This document shows positions 36,740 to 49,300 of a stretch of DNA of 64,000 nt, in pieces. How positions within the stretch are numbered: the first letter of the stretch is position 1; every line of letters begins with the position of its first letter. Location: positions 64,001 to 128,000 of IMG/VR virus record IMGVR_UViG_3300010354_000046; one strand, 5' to 3'. The position numbers were made by a program, and so were the translations under genes. The stretch is from a virus. The notes beneath the pieces are model-generated. The model worked only from the letters and a program-made list of their open reading frames with translations, did not search any database and was not told the DNA's origin.

Positions 36740-39700
36740 TTATCTTGATAAAAAGAATCCAAGGGCAACGGGAGCTCCGTCAATGCCGCCTGTAAAATTC
36801 ATTTTTGCTGTCACGTTTAATTGTCCGCCACTTGTAGTAGAAATCGTGTTATTAGCAATATACACGACACCTGCCGTTAGTGTATTTACGTTCAATTGGC
36901 TTAAACCGCCACCAATTTGGGCAGTAATGTAACTCTTAATTGCCCTCTGTGTTGGTAAAATATTATCACTATTTGCTGTAAAGTACGGATCTGTACTAAA
37001 CTGTGTAATAGTTGCACTTCCAACACCTAAACTCAAACCACTTAACTGCAAGGATTGTAGTCCCGACAAGTTGAAAGCGTTAGCGTTCAATGTAGCTGTA
37101 CCTGTTGCCTGCTGCACTCCAAACAAGTTACCAACGTTAAAGTTACCGTCTTGGTCAGTACTTGTAAAGAACACACGACCACCGTTAGTTGCCAATGTTT
37201 GCTTGTTAATATCAGCTAAACTTGGATCAACATATGGGTAATTGGTCCTTGCCTGGTTTCCAGTACCGATGTATAAGAAATCATGTCCAGTTAATCGAAC
37301 CTGACTATACTTAATTGTCATAGTCATACGGTTTAAATACCCCGGAGCATTATACACCGTTAAAGCTGGACTAATTTGGAACACCGCAGTATAATTTCCA
37401 GCTCCTGTAGGAGGCATAGAAAGAATATTACTAATTGTAACTAATTTATAGTATTCTCCAGGAATACTTGCAAACGAAACGTTCGAACCAGCTTTTGGAA
37501 TGTCAAACAAGTTAGTAACTGCAATAAAGTTACTTGCTTGATAGAAATCCGCACGACCGTCACCTGTCAATAGTGCAGTTGCAGTAGTGTTCAATGTACC
37601 TCTGTTAGTAAATGTTGGGTTACCAAGAACACCATCGCCCATTCTTGCTCTAATAGGAGCAGCTACAGTATCATTAGGATCAATGATAGTTTGTATTGGA
37701 GCAGCCTTATATGCACCAGACAAACCTGTTGTAGTATTTAAAATAACAGAAGTTGCGCTACCAGGTGTTGCACTTACTTTAAATTGTGTACTGGTAATAG
37801 TTGAACCAATGACATAATAAGTTACATCAGTTGTTAAACCATAACTGTCTAAACCTGTAAATTCAACTGGTTGACTGTCTACAAGATTAGTTGTGTTATC
37901 AGTAGTAATTAAATTTGTAGTTGCAGTTGTGGCTGTGACACTACCGTATGGATATCCAGAACCAGGTTCAATCATTCGAATTTCTTGTATATTTCCAGAT
38001 TGTGCTCTAATTCTTCCTAGTGCTTGGGCGCCAGTTCTCATTGAAGCTGCAATTTGTCCGCTATTAGAAGCTACCGCAACCCAAATAGGCTGGCTATTAG
38101 GATTACCAAATGCAATACCTTGCCATTGACTTGAACTTGGCATAGCCCTTACAGTCCAGTTAATGCCGTCAGGGCTTGTAGCACATATATTTGTTCCTGT
38201 GGCAATTGCAAAGAACAGTCCTTGGCCGTAACTAACCCTAGTCCATGTTTGACTTGAACTTAACACGCTAGTAGCGGTTCCAGTTGCTGTACTAACAGCA
38301 TACCAATTTGCACCAAAATCTAAACTGTAGGCTACGCGGCCTGTCGCTGCAAGAGCAACAAATCGTCCGTTTCCGTAAGCAAGGCTAGTCCATGTAGTAC
38401 TTGCAGGCAATGCTCCTCCAGCAGTCCAACTTGAACCGTTAGTACTATATGCTGTAGCAGTATTTCCTGTACTAATTGCAACAAAAGTTGAGCCGCCATA
38501 TTCGACCGCACTATATGTGCCTGCGCCCAAAGTTGGAATTGTTCTAGAAACCCAGTTAGATATAACACTACCAGTACTTGCTGCGCTAGCTGTGCCGCCT
38601 ACAGCAACGTATATGCCACCACCATATGCAGTATCTGCAAAAGTTGTAGCTGGTAATGTTCCTCCAGTTGTCCAGTTAGCACTAACCGCAGAGCTTCCTA
38701 GTAAGTATGCTGTGCTAGTTGTGCCTGGAATTATTGAAACAAATGCAGCAGTAGTGTCATTAATTGTTACTGTTGGTACACTAGTGTAACCTGAACCACC
38801 ATCTGTAACATTAATTTGATATACTCCGTATGAACTAGTAGTTAGTACAGATATAGCTGTTGCTTGACTTGTAGCGCCGCCACCACTTAGTGTAACAGTT
38901 GGTGGAACTAAATATCCTCGCCCGTAAGTGTTAACTGTTATATAAGTAACTCTATCAGTTACAGCAGTAACAGTTGGTGCTGTTAGATATCCAGATCCGT
39001 AACTGCCTCCATCAGCTGGCTCAACGCTGACACTGACAATTGCTCCATTTAGTACTGTAGCTACACCTACTGCATTAGATCCAGTAGCACTGGTAAACAC
39101 AATAGTCGGTGGGCTAGTGTATCCAAAACCACCATTGACAACAGTAATACTAGCTACTTGATCTGCACCTGCTGCACCGGTTGAGTTAGCTGTTCCTAGA
39201 ACTGCTGTTAAAACTGCACCAGTACCTCCCAAACCACCTACTGTAGCAGTAGCAGTTGCACCTTGGCCGCCGCCGTATACTGGTTGAGTCCATGCGCCGC
39301 TGCTTGGCAGAGTTCCGCCTGCGGTCCATGTAGTACCGTTCGTGCTATACGATGTAGCTGTTCCATTAGCTAAAGCAATAAATCGATCTTTAGCGTAATA
39401 TACAGCACCCCAAGTTGTTGTAGCACTTAAAGTTCTTGCTGTAGCAGTATAACCTGGAGCAGTATAATTAATACGAGGTTCAATAATGTATGTTGTGGTT
39501 AAATCTAAAGGAGTAACCAATGGAGTACCAGGAACAACATGATCCCACCCTGCTTCATACAATGTTACAGATCCAGTTGCTGTTGATAGAGTAGGAGATC
39601 CTCCACCTTGTGATGTTGATACTGTAAACTGAGTTGCACTACTAATTGCGGTGACATAGTAAAGTGTATTAGCAGTTAATCCACCAATAGCACCGTTAAG

Positions 39701-42700
39701 ATAAATTTGTTGATTAACATATAATGTGCCAGTACTTGCAACAGTAATCAAGTTTGTAGTTACTGTTGTATTTGTAATGGTTAACGGAGTAAAGCTATCT
39801 TTATAAACTTTAGCAACTTTAGAACCATTGCTATAATCTAAAATATTAGCGTATTGTCCGACACCAGAACCAGCAGTAATATGAACACGCATGCCAACAT
39901 ATGCAGTACTCAACGCAGTATCAGTTGCACTAATGGTAATTGTTGATAAATCACCGCCCTGTGCAGCATTAATAGCAGTTCCGTAATTCTGTCCGCCGTA
40001 GCCATTGCCGTCATTTTTATCAATTAATCGTGTTTCATAAACAGCATCGTCTCTAAATTCGTCGCCAATTGAAACTACGTTAAATCCGCTGCCGCTAACT
40101 GCTACGTCAACGTTGGAGTAAGACTGACCTGCATTTAAGTATTCAAATCGATAAACTTTATTAATACCGTCTGTAATAACATTCTGCACTAGTGCCTGTG
40201 CAGATCTATTATCTAGATTTGCATATAAAGGAATTTCAGTACTATCGGTTCCTTCAGCAATAACACCGTATACACCATAAGAGCTATTGCCGTTAGTTGC
40301 TCGCATACGTCCGCCAAGTTCTGCCAAGTAACCTGAATAGCTGTAGTAACAGAATACTGAAACTAATTCAGTTAACGACTGAGAACCTGTACACCATACA
40401 CCAATTCCGTCTGAAAGAATTGTTGTATAGTCATTGGCAACAATAGATCTGTTGCCGCCTGCATGTATTGCGCCGTCAATCTTCATACCAGTACAGCCTG
40501 TTCCAAACAGAGACACGTTTTGGCAATAACAGCTTCTTTCTAATACCCAGGCTGCGCTATCGTTTGGTCCAAATCCTGGATCCAAGCTAGTATATGCGCC
40601 AGCAGTTGGTCGTTTAGTTCCGTAATCGTTTTCTTCTGTCAAATCACCGTTTAGTCCGTTAACTGTCATGTTACGAATACCGCAGGCGTTTCTTACATAG
40701 AACATGTCTGATAGTGCAGAACCCTCAACAGCATTTTTGTAAAGTCTTGCAGCACGTAATGATTTATAATTTCCTGTCCATTGTAAATCATATACAAGTG
40801 CTAATACAAATTCTTTCATATCACGCTGGCAAGCAGTTGCATCAAACTTATAACGAACTGTTAGACTTGGACTTGCAACTGTGCTAAGAGTCACAGGAGT
40901 TCCTCCAAGTGTAGTTGCAACAGTAAAGGAAGAATTACTTGGAGTAGTTGCAACATAATATGTTGTTGCAATAGAAATGCCTCCTGCACTAACTCCAGTG
41001 AATATTACTGGATCATTGATAGATAAATTATGAGGAGCAGACATTGTTATAGCAGAAATACTAATACTAGCAATTGCGCCACCGTAATTTTCTGTTACAT
41101 AAGCAGAAGCTTCTGCTGCTAAGAAATCTGCGTTAGCTCGAAGAATTTCTGCACCTTTAATAGTACTTAGAGTATTGTTGTATGTTACAGTACCGTAAGT
41201 TTCAACAACATCACTAATTCCTTGATCAACAATCTTAATAAATGCTGCCATTAATGCACGAGATTGTGCTTTTTGTGTTGGATAATTGACTAGAGATGTG
41301 GAAATCAACGTTCTTAAATATCTAAAAGTAGCTACAGTTGCTCGCTTTTGCTCTCCGATTACTTTTGAAGCTTGTGCTCTGTAATAACTCATAGCTGCTT
41401 TTACTGTTTGGAAATTACTTCCTAACATAAAGTCATAACCGATTGCATCAACAACATACCCTATATCTCTCAAACATGTGCTCGAGTTATAAACAAGTGT
41501 TGGATAATTAGTTGAAATAAAAGAACTAATATTTCCTTTAATTGTTGTAAGAGTGCCGTTTAATATGGTAAACGCATTTACCGCTGTGGCACTTACTTGA
41601 CTAAATGTAGGAACAATAGTTGTTTCTGCGGTAATAGTTAAACCAGTTCCGTTAGACAATGTTGTAATTGGTGTTCCTGCAAAACTAGTAGAAACAGTAA
41701 ATGTAGTAGTCAACGGCGTACTTACAACATAGTATGTTGTACCAGATACTAATCCACTATTAGAAGTTTGAGGAACAATAATATCACCAACTTTAAGTCC
41801 GTGTGCTGAGCCAGTTGTTAATGTTGTGCCACCTGCAATAGTTGTAATTGTAACAGTTGGTACTCCTGTTGTATCGCCTAAATCAATGATATTGGTGATA
41901 ATATCAACAAGTACACCAAGTTGTGTTGCTGCGCCAGCTGATCCGTTTACTTGCAATACATCTTTACGAGTCTGTGCAACTGTTCCTTGATAAGGACTTG
42001 ATGCGTATCCAGTTACTGAAACAGAATCAACTGCAATGGCCTGCACTAACGCTTTTAGATATGCGTATGCTGCAAGTGTTGCGGTTTTTTCGCTCGAATA
42101 AACTTGTAATGTTCCAAAAGAGTAATATGCTTTTCCAGCCATTTTGCTAGCATATGTACCGCCGTATTTTAAATCATAGACTAATGCATCAATGATATAA
42201 CCTACATCTTCTGAACATTTAGCAGAGCTATATTCAAGAGCTGGATATGCAGAACTTAAATAAGCAATAATTTCAGATTTAATAAATTCTTTATTATCGT
42301 TAATTAATGTCTCGGCGCCTGCAAATCCGCTGTTAATATTTGATGGATTTGGCCATACAAAGTCAACAACAGCACCGCCTTTAATATATTTTGTTACATC
42401 TGTTAAAATTTTCTGTGCTTGAACAGTAGCACCAGAAGATGCAATAGCCGATGCTTTGTATTTCATGAAATGGATTGCGCCAAGACATGCATCTTTTTGG
42501 CTTGAAATTACGTATTCGGCAGATGTTGTTGGTCTATAATAGGCCATACCAGCTTTAATTGCGTTAAAGTTGGTACCTAAAAGCATATCGTACCTAATTG
42601 CATCAACTATTAAACCAGCATCTCTGTTTGATAGCGCAGTATCAAAAGAAACTTCTTGATAGAACTTTTTAATCCAAGCAGTTGCATCTGATTGGATTTC

Positions 42701-45700
42701 AGATTTAGCAGCCACTAATGCGTCCGATGCTGTTTGTAAACTAGTGGAAACCCATGTTAAGCAAGGCTCAATGCTGGCAGGAGCAACACCGTTATTGATA
42801 TAGTCGATGACATTCTGAACACGATCCTGCATAAAAGTACCTGCATACGGGCCGCCGAGACCAACTGTACCAGTAGTAACTTGTGTTTCAGTATTTCCTG
42901 GACTAACAGTTACAGCTAATTTATTTGCAATCTGTCCGACAATCACTTTTAGACGTGTTAGGCCAGCTATTTCTGCTGGCTTTGTTGCCAGAGGAATAAC
43001 TAGTAAATTGTTGGAGAAATAAGCACTTCCTGCAATTAAACTTTGTCTGTTTCCACCGTATGTAACATCGTGTCTTACTGCATCTAAAATAAATCCAATA
43101 TCTTCAAGGCAAGATGCTTTTTGTGCGGCGGTAAATCCGTTCCAAATAGTATCATACCCGTTTGTAGGATCTGCTAACCACGCACTAATTTCAGCTTTGA
43201 TAAATGCATAATTTTGTAATACTTGTGCTCTTGAATCACCGTAACTTAAGGTATCACCTGTTGTGTTTCCTGTAGTTGCATAAGCAGTATGAATCAAAGT
43301 TGTATTATAATTTGTTGGGTTTGGCATTACAAGTGTTGGAACTGCTGTCAAACCAGATGCTAAGATATCATAAACTATTTGGGTTGATTTTTCAATTGCA
43401 GTAGCAGCATCGGCGCTGCCATTAGACCCCATAGGCAATGTTGTGATTTGTAACTCATCATTACCAGTTGTAGGTGTTATTGTTGTATTTGAAATAATGT
43501 CTGGTAATAAAGATTTTACTCTGTTAATAGCAGAAATAGTTTTTGATTTATCACTGACCAGTATTGATACTGGCGCAGCAGGCTGCACGACACTAGTCCT
43601 TAATTCGTCACCGACTAGTGCTGTGAATTCAGGGACATATATTGGAAGAATTTCATTATATGTCCCTGTTTTAATCATTATGGTAGTGTTTGGCTTAGTT
43701 GATGTTGGTAATGCAGTAGCGGATCCTTGATTTAGTGCTACGTCAATTAAATCAACTAACCCTGATAATTGTGCCAACGCAGTTGGTTCACTTGTAAATG
43801 CCCCGTCAATAATTTGTTGGGCACGATTTGCAATGCTGATACCGTTAAGTGCCTGGTAGTTGTTTGAAGGAGCAGTATTTGATAAAACGTTTCCTAGTAA
43901 CGTTTTAAGGTACACATGCGATTGAACAAAATTAGGAATTCTATATCTTGTTGTGGTTGTAACAAATGCATTTCCTGCTGCTGTAAAATATGCTCGGCCG
44001 GCAGCAACAGTTTTATTTGTGCCGCCGCGAGTTAAATCATATACAATTGCATCGTATATGATACCAGCATCTCGTTCAGTTTTTGTTCTATCATAATCTA
44101 ATCTACCAGTCATTGTACCAGTAGCTGATCCTGTCAATGCTCTAACAACACCACCATACGTATTACTAATTGTAAAATGTGTATTATCGATAATTGTTTT
44201 TACATAATAAACTGTGCCTAATGTAATACCGCCTAATGCAGTACCGCTAAACACAATCGGCATATTAAGATTTAATCCTGCGGTAGAATCGCAAGTAAAT
44301 TCATAAGTGCCATTATCGTGAGAAGTAATGTTAGTTTGGCATGTATAATACAGATAGTTATCAACTTCTTTCAAAATGAACTGTTTATTTCTTTGCAATA
44401 AATTTTTTGCTTGAGGATTTAGGTAACCTTCTTCAATCTGTTTACATGCATAACGAACTGTTTTCCATGGTTTGTCGATTGTTAAGCCGCTGGCTGGTGC
44501 TGGTTCATCTCTTCCAAGTGGACCAACATAAACTAAATTATTAATTAAACCGTAATTTGCCCAAGCAGGGAAACCGTCTGTACTACGTAAAATTTGTCCG
44601 TCGACGCCAACTGGTAATCTAGTTGGTCCATTGGCACCGTAATAAATCATATCTCCGGTGGTTGTTAGTACATTAACCTCTGAACCAATAGTTAAAATGT
44701 TCCAATAGCTAGCTGTAATATCATTATCTGGCCTATTTCCATTAGCAGCAGTATGCGATACAACACACACATAACTGTTTCCGCCAAATAACACTACATC
44801 ACCTAGTACATATACCGTTCCGCTATTCCATGTTGCGCTACGGCCGCTCCACGTAAATGTGCTTATTAATCCGCCTACTCCAATACCAGTAACGGTAATT
44901 AAAAGATCGTTGGCTGGAGTAATACCACCTAGCGAAGATCCTAATATTTTAATTACATTAGTAGCAGCATAGCCTAAACCTTCTTGTCCTGACACAAGTG
45001 ACACAGAGTAAACTGTTCCCGAGCGTGTAACATCAAATTGTGCTCCTGTGCCAACACCAGAAACATTAGTTCCAGTTAAAGCTGTATAGGTTTGAGGATT
45101 ATTAGTCCAAAAGAAGCCGCTGTTTAATCGGCTCCAGTAAGAAGCATTCGGTGGCTGTTCTCCTGTATTGTCTGCTGATGCAACGTAGGTGTATCCATGT
45201 AGTCTTACTACGTCACCAACTTTATAAGCAGTGGCAATGTCCCATTCGCTACGGAAGTTAAAACCGGTAGTAAAAACATCCCAGTCGCTAGGGTTAGTAG
45301 TTGGTTGTTTATTAGTATTATTTGTTTTAGCAATATAACTGTAACCACCATAAGTGACTGTGTCGCCTATTTGGTATGTTGTTGAGCTGTTCCAGCTATT
45401 TTCAAATTCAAAACCTTCAGTAAATTGTGCCCATTTTGTTCCGTCAAATGATGCAGCAGAAGTATGATGAGTTGTACAAATCCATGTGCCTGCACCGTAT
45501 TTTACAACGTCATTAATTTTATACCTGACGCTTGCACCACTCCAGTTTCCAAGATATATAATACCTTGATTAAATATTTCCCATTTATTTTGATCGGCTT
45601 CTAGTCCGTTTGAGACTGTAGCTGCACTCACGTGAGGAATGGCGCAGATATAGACAAAACCTCCATAAGAAACAAAGTCATTAAGTGCGTATCTTGTTCC

Positions 45701-46315
45701 GGTATTCCATGCACCTCTATAATTAAACGCCTCTGCAAATGCGGTCCATAAATCTTGGGTTGCTTCTAGTCCGCCAAATGTATAAACGTCGCCACCGCTG
45801 ACATACGGAGCAGTAAAAGGAGTGGCAAATGTTACACTAGATGTTGTAGATGCTGTAACTGTATGTTCACCGTTATATGCTGCCGGATCCATTCCAGAAA
45901 CTGTAATTTTTGATCCTGGTGGAAATGGGGTTGGAGTAACTGTAGCAAAAGTTATTGTTGCTTTTCCTGCATTTAACGAAAGACCAGTTGCACTAACTGT
46001 AGTTGGTATTAGCCCAGCAGAAGTATGCGGAGCATCGCAAATATAAACAATACCGCCATACTTAACTTGGTCGCCAGCATCGTACTCTTCGTTTGGTTGC
46101 CAGTCGCCTCTCCAAGTTGTGCCGTCTGCAACCACGTTCCATTTAGTAGGAATGGCTGTAAGATCTGTAGCAAAATGTGCGCTAGCCACGTGATTTACAA
46201 CGCAGATATAGCTCTTACCACCCTTACTGATCACATCGTCGATAGCGTAAGTTTGTCCGGTGGTCCATGCACCTTGCCATACAAATCGAATTCTACCTAA
46301 TTTAAATTCTGCCAT
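36740..46315 (-). CDS. Giant (3191 aa) virion structural protein (fibre/baseplate)
   Basis: N-terminal W.....Y..GD.V.YGG..Y.C carbohydrate-binding-like repeats, helical CxxD repeats, beta-helix-like region, propeller-like repeats (YGNGRFVA), TGHDFL..GTG, VFFTSTDQDGNF; TAAATA at 46339-46344 plus SD. Confidence 0.85.
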   Translation of the reverse strand: MAEFKLGRIRFVWQGAWTTGQTYAIDDVISKGGKSYICVVNHVASAHFATDLTAIPTKWNVVADGTTWRGDWQPNEEYDAGDQVKYGGIVYICDAPHTSAGLIPTTVSATGLSLNAGKATITFATVTPTPFPPGSKITVSGMDPAAYNGEHTVTASTTSSVTFATPFTAPYVSGGDVYTFGGLEATQDLWTAFAEAFNYRGAWNTGTRYALNDFVSYGGFVYICAIPHVSAATVSNGLEADQNKWEIFNQGIIYLGNWSGASVRYKINDVVKYGAGTWICTTHHTSAASFDGTKWAQFTEGFEFENSWNSSTTYQIGDTVTYGGYSYIAKTNNTNKQPTTNPSDWDVFTTGFNFRSEWDIATAYKVGDVVRLHGYTYVASADNTGEQPPNASYWSRLNSGFFWTNNPQTYTALTGTNVSGVGTGAQFDVTRSGTVYSVSLVSGQEGLGYAATNVIKILGSSLGGITPANDLLITVTGIGVGGLISTFTWSGRSATWNSGTVYVLGDVVLFGGNSYVCVVSHTAANGNRPDNDITASYWNILTIGSEVNVLTTTGDMIYYGANGPTRLPVGVDGQILRSTDGFPAWANYGLINNLVYVGPLGRDEPAPASGLTIDKPWKTVRYACKQIEEGYLNPQAKNLLQRNKQFILKEVDNYLYYTCQTNITSHDNGTYEFTCDSTAGLNLNMPIVFSGTALGGITLGTVYYVKTIIDNTHFTISNTYGGVVRALTGSATGTMTGRLDYDRTKTERDAGIIYDAIVYDLTRGGTNKTVAAGRAYFTAAGNAFVTTTTRYRIPNFVQSHVYLKTLLGNVLSNTAPSNNYQALNGISIANRAQQIIDGAFTSEPTALAQLSGLVDLIDVALNQGSATALPTSTKPNTTIMIKTGTYNEILPIYVPEFTALVGDELRTSVVQPAAPVSILVSDKSKTISAINRVKSLLPDIISNTTITPTTGNDELQITTLPMGSNGSADAATAIEKSTQIVYDILASGLTAVPTLVMPNPTNYNTTLIHTAYATTGNTTGDTLSYGDSRAQVLQNYAFIKAEISAWLADPTNGYDTIWNGFTAAQKASCLEDIGFILDAVRHDVTYGGNRQSLIAGSAYFSNNLLVIPLATKPAEIAGLTRLKVIVGQIANKLAVTVSPGNTETQVTTGTVGLGGPYAGTFMQDRVQNVIDYINNGVAPASIEPCLTWVSTSLQTASDALVAAKSEIQSDATAWIKKFYQEVSFDTALSNRDAGLIVDAIRYDMLLGTNFNAIKAGMAYYRPTTSAEYVISSQKDACLGAIHFMKYKASAIASSGATVQAQKILTDVTKYIKGGAVVDFVWPNPSNINSGFAGAETLINDNKEFIKSEIIAYLSSAYPALEYSSAKCSEDVGYIIDALVYDLKYGGTYASKMAGKAYYSFGTLQVYSSEKTATLAAYAYLKALVQAIAVDSVSVTGYASSPYQGTVAQTRKDVLQVNGSAGAATQLGVLVDIITNIIDLGDTTGVPTVTITTIAGGTTLTTGSAHGLKVGDIIVPQTSNSGLVSGTTYYVVSTPLTTTFTVSTSFAGTPITTLSNGTGLTITAETTIVPTFSQVSATAVNAFTILNGTLTTIKGNISSFISTNYPTLVYNSSTCLRDIGYVVDAIGYDFMLGSNFQTVKAAMSYYRAQASKVIGEQKRATVATFRYLRTLISTSLVNYPTQKAQSRALMAAFIKIVDQGISDVVETYGTVTYNNTLSTIKGAEILRANADFLAAEASAYVTENYGGAIASISISAITMSAPHNLSINDPVIFTGVSAGGISIATTYYVATTPSNSSFTVATTLGGTPVTLSTVASPSLTVRYKFDATACQRDMKEFVLALVYDLQWTGNYKSLRAARLYKNAVEGSALSDMFYVRNACGIRNMTVNGLNGDLTEENDYGTKRPTAGAYTSLDPGFGPNDSAAWVLERSCYCQNVSLFGTGCTGMKIDGAIHAGGNRSIVANDYTTILSDGIGVWCTGSQSLTELVSVFCYYSYSGYLAELGGRMRATNGNSSYGVYGVIAEGTDSTEIPLYANLDNRSAQALVQNVITDGINKVYRFEYLNAGQSYSNVDVAVSGSGFNVVSIGDEFRDDAVYETRLIDKNDGNGYGGQNYGTAINAAQGGDLSTITISATDTALSTAYVGMRVHITAGSGVGQYANILDYSNGSKVAKVYKDSFTPLTITNTTVTTNLITVASTGTLYVNQQIYLNGAIGGLTANTLYYVTAISSATQFTVSTSQGGGSPTLSTATGSVTLYEAGWDHVVPGTPLVTPLDLTTTYIIEPRINYTAPGYTATARTLSATTTWGAVYYAKDRFIALANGTATSYSTNGTTWTAGGTLPSSGAWTQPVYGGGQGATATATVGGLGGTGAVLTAVLGTANSTGAAGADQVASITVVNGGFGYTSPPTIVFTSATGSNAVGVATVLNGAIVSVSVEPADGGSYGSGYLTAPTVTAVTDRVTYITVNTYGRGYLVPPTVTLSGGGATSQATAISVLTTSSYGVYQINVTDGGSGYTSVPTVTINDTTAAFVSIIPGTTSTAYLLGSSAVSANWTTGGTLPATTFADTAYGGGIYVAVGGTASAASTGSVISNWVSRTIPTLGAGTYSAVEYGGSTFVAISTGNTATAYSTNGSSWTAGGALPASTTWTSLAYGNGRFVALAATGRVAYSLDFGANWYAVSTATGTATSVLSSSQTWTRVSYGQGLFFAIATGTNICATSPDGINWTVRAMPSSSQWQGIAFGNPNSQPIWVAVASNSGQIAASMRTGAQALGRIRAQSGNIQEIRMIEPGSGYPYGSVTATTATTNLITTDNTTNLVDSQPVEFTGLDSYGLTTDVTYYVIGSTITSTQFKVSATPGSATSVILNTTTGLSGAYKAAPIQTIIDPNDTVAAPIRARMGDGVLGNPTFTNRGTLNTTATALLTGDGRADFYQASNFIAVTNLFDIPKAGSNVSFASIPGEYYKLVTISNILSMPPTGAGNYTAVFQISPALTVYNAPGYLNRMTMTIKYSQVRLTGHDFLYIGTGNQARTNYPYVDPSLADINKQTLATNGGRVFFTSTDQDGNFNVGNLFGVQQATGTATLNANAFNLSGLQSLQLSGLSLGVGSATITQFSTDPYFTANSDNILPTQRAIKSYITAQIGGGLSQLNVNTLTAGVVYIANNTISTTSGGQLNVTAKMNFTGGIDGAPVALGFFLSR

Positions 46316-46365
46316 TTTATTTCATTCCTTTGACATAATATTTATCATAGCTTAAAATATGCTAC

Positions 46366-49300
46366 TTATTGGAAATTTCTTCCGTTAAAACCTTTGCTAG
46401 TACCGTTTCTTACAAAAAATTGTAAGGCAGGTAAGTCTCCATCGACGCCGGCAAATTGACCTTTGATGTTAACTTTGCTTAACATACGAACTTGCCAACC
46501 AGCTTGCCCTTCTGCGATGGTACTTGTTATCTTATCAGGACCTCCTACTACAACTGTACCAGCTGTTAACTGTCCTGTAAATGTATTAGCACCACCCTGG
46601 CTCAAACGGCCTGCTAAGTAAGCCTTGATGGCTCGCTGTGTTGGAAGGATACTATTACTATTGGCAAGGAAAGATGTATCAGTACTAAAAGCTGTAATAA
46701 TAACTTGGTTATTACCTACACTAACGCCGCCAAGTTTCAATTGTGACAAGCCAGTTAATCCAAATTGGCTTGCACTTAAGGTTACAATACCCGTTGCTTG
46801 TTCAACACCAAATAGACCACCAACACTGAAGTTACCGTCTTGGTCAGTTGAGCTATAGAACACACGACCATTATTGCTTTCAACAGTATAGTTAGACTGA
46901 TTTAAGTTTGTATCAATTGGGAACCCTGGATAATTTGATTGGTAAGTGTTACCATAACCAATATTTAAAAAGTCGTGGTTGGTTAAACGTACCTGGCTAT
47001 ACTTCTCTCTAACTGTAAAAGATGTAGTATGCTCCGGTGTGGTGGATGTATCCAGCGCCGGACTAACTGTGAGTTGTACTGTAAGGTTAGGTGCGGTCGA
47101 TCCGTACAATGCTGTAGAACTTGTTACTTTATAAATCTGAGTATTGGCTCCAACAAATTGCAAGTTAGAACCTGGTGTAGGTAATTTACTTACATTTTTA
47201 GCATATAAAGTTGTGCCAATTTGATAGTTATCGGCGTATCCGCCACCAGCAATTGTAATAGCAGTAGAAGTTGTATTATAGTTTGTACCTCTTGATACAA
47301 ATGTCGGGCCGGCTAGCGATCCGCTACCAAGTCGAGCAATCAAAGTTGCATCTGAGCTATTATTCGGATCGGTGTAGGATACTGTTGGAACTCCATTATA
47401 ATTCGATCCTGGCTCCCATAATGTAATAGAACTAATTTCAGAATTATAAACACTTGGGCGTCCTTGTGCTCTACAACCTGCAAAGGTATTTGTTGAAAAT
47501 CCTGTTGAGGAAATAGAAATAAATGTGCCTACATTTGAAGATGTTGGAACCCCGTAAGTCGACACCATTCCAATACCTGTTGTAGTAATAGTCCTTTGTT
47601 TCCAAAGAATCCCGTCTTCGCTGGTATATCCTATAGCACTATTATCATTGAGTGCTAGATAAACTCCTTGCCCGTAACTAACAGTGGTAGCAGTTATAGT
47701 ATACGGAGACGCATACCAAGTTATTCCATCTAAACTATAGGCTGGATTTGTACTTGTACTAGACACAGCTACAAATTTATTGTTACCGTATGTAACTTTT
47801 GACCATGTAGAACTTACTGGTAATGCGTTACTTGTAACGATCCAAGTGATTCCGTTAGTACTAATAGCAACATCTCTAGAATTATTTGCTATAGCAACAA
47901 ATTTTCCTTGACCGTATGTGATGCTAGACCATGCTAGTTGTGTTATTCCAGAACCAAGCGCCCATGTAGCTCCAAAATTTGTTGAGTATGCTGGCTGAGA
48001 TCCGCTACCTGCAACTGCTGTTCCTGCAACTGTAACAGATGAAACGCCACCTGCAAGTACAGTACCTACAGTTAACGTTAAATCATTAGCAGGTGATGCT
48101 CCACCAAGACTAGTTCCTAGTACTCTAATAGTATCACTAACTGCATAACCAGTTCCTGGAGTAGTTATAACCACACGGTATGAAGTTCCAAATCTTCTAA
48201 CAGTAACTTTACAGCCTGATCCGCTACTACTTACATTTGATGTAGCTAAATCGTAATATGCAGCTCCGCTAGATAAGGCAATAAACTTACCATTGCCGTA
48301 TATTAATTGAGTCCAACCGCTTAGACTTGGTAAATTTGATAGCAACCAACTATTTCCGTCGCTGTTTGAATAAATCACCTGAGATCCGCTTCCAGTGCCG
48401 CTAAAACTAATTAATACAACAAAACCATTTCCTGCTGCAACAGATGTCCATTGAGATGTAACAGGTAATGTTATCTGAACATAACTTCCGCCGTTTTGTG
48501 ATCTTACTAAAGAATTTCCATAGTCTGATGTGACATAAAAATATCCGTTTCCAAATGCTATTGCATTGTAAACACTTGTGCTTGCGCCGCCAAGGCTTAC
48601 TACAGAAGCTTGGTTAAACGCTGGCTCGCTAAATGTAAGTCTTGGTTCTATAAAATATGTACTTGTTGAATCAAACAACGGTGTATCAGGTGTTCCTGGG
48701 TTAATGTTATCCCATCCAACTTGTGCCACTTGCATATAGCCGGTGCCGCTAGTTAGTGTCACATTAGTTGCTCCGCCCGAAGTACTTGCAATTGTAAAAT
48801 AATTAGTTGCTCCTGTTGTAATAGTTCTGATATAATATGTTGTAGCGGATGTTACTCCTCCAAATAATGGAGTAGAGAACGTACCAGTCATACTACCAGT
48901 TCCGCCGTCTAATAATAATTTAGTCGATGTAGTTGTGCCAACCATCGACCCAGTTGCTGTTGTTAATGCAACATCTGCGCCAGTAGTTCTACAAATAATA
49001 TTTCCAGTTGCAGTATTAAGGGTCACGGCTGGACCGCTAGGTACAGCACTAACTGTGAACGAAGTACTATTGTTAATAACAGAAATATAGTATACTTGTT
49101 CTGCAACTAATCCGCCAAACGCTGTACCAGTAAACATCACAGGATTATTCAGTACAAATCCTGCTGTAGATGTAACTGTGATTAGATTACTTCCAGTACT
49201 TGTTGCAGTGGCAGTTGTAGTGATTATACTTGTAGAGACAGTAAACTGTGTTGAATTTGGTCTATTGCTGATGTAATACTTTGTTATTTCTGAAATGTTG

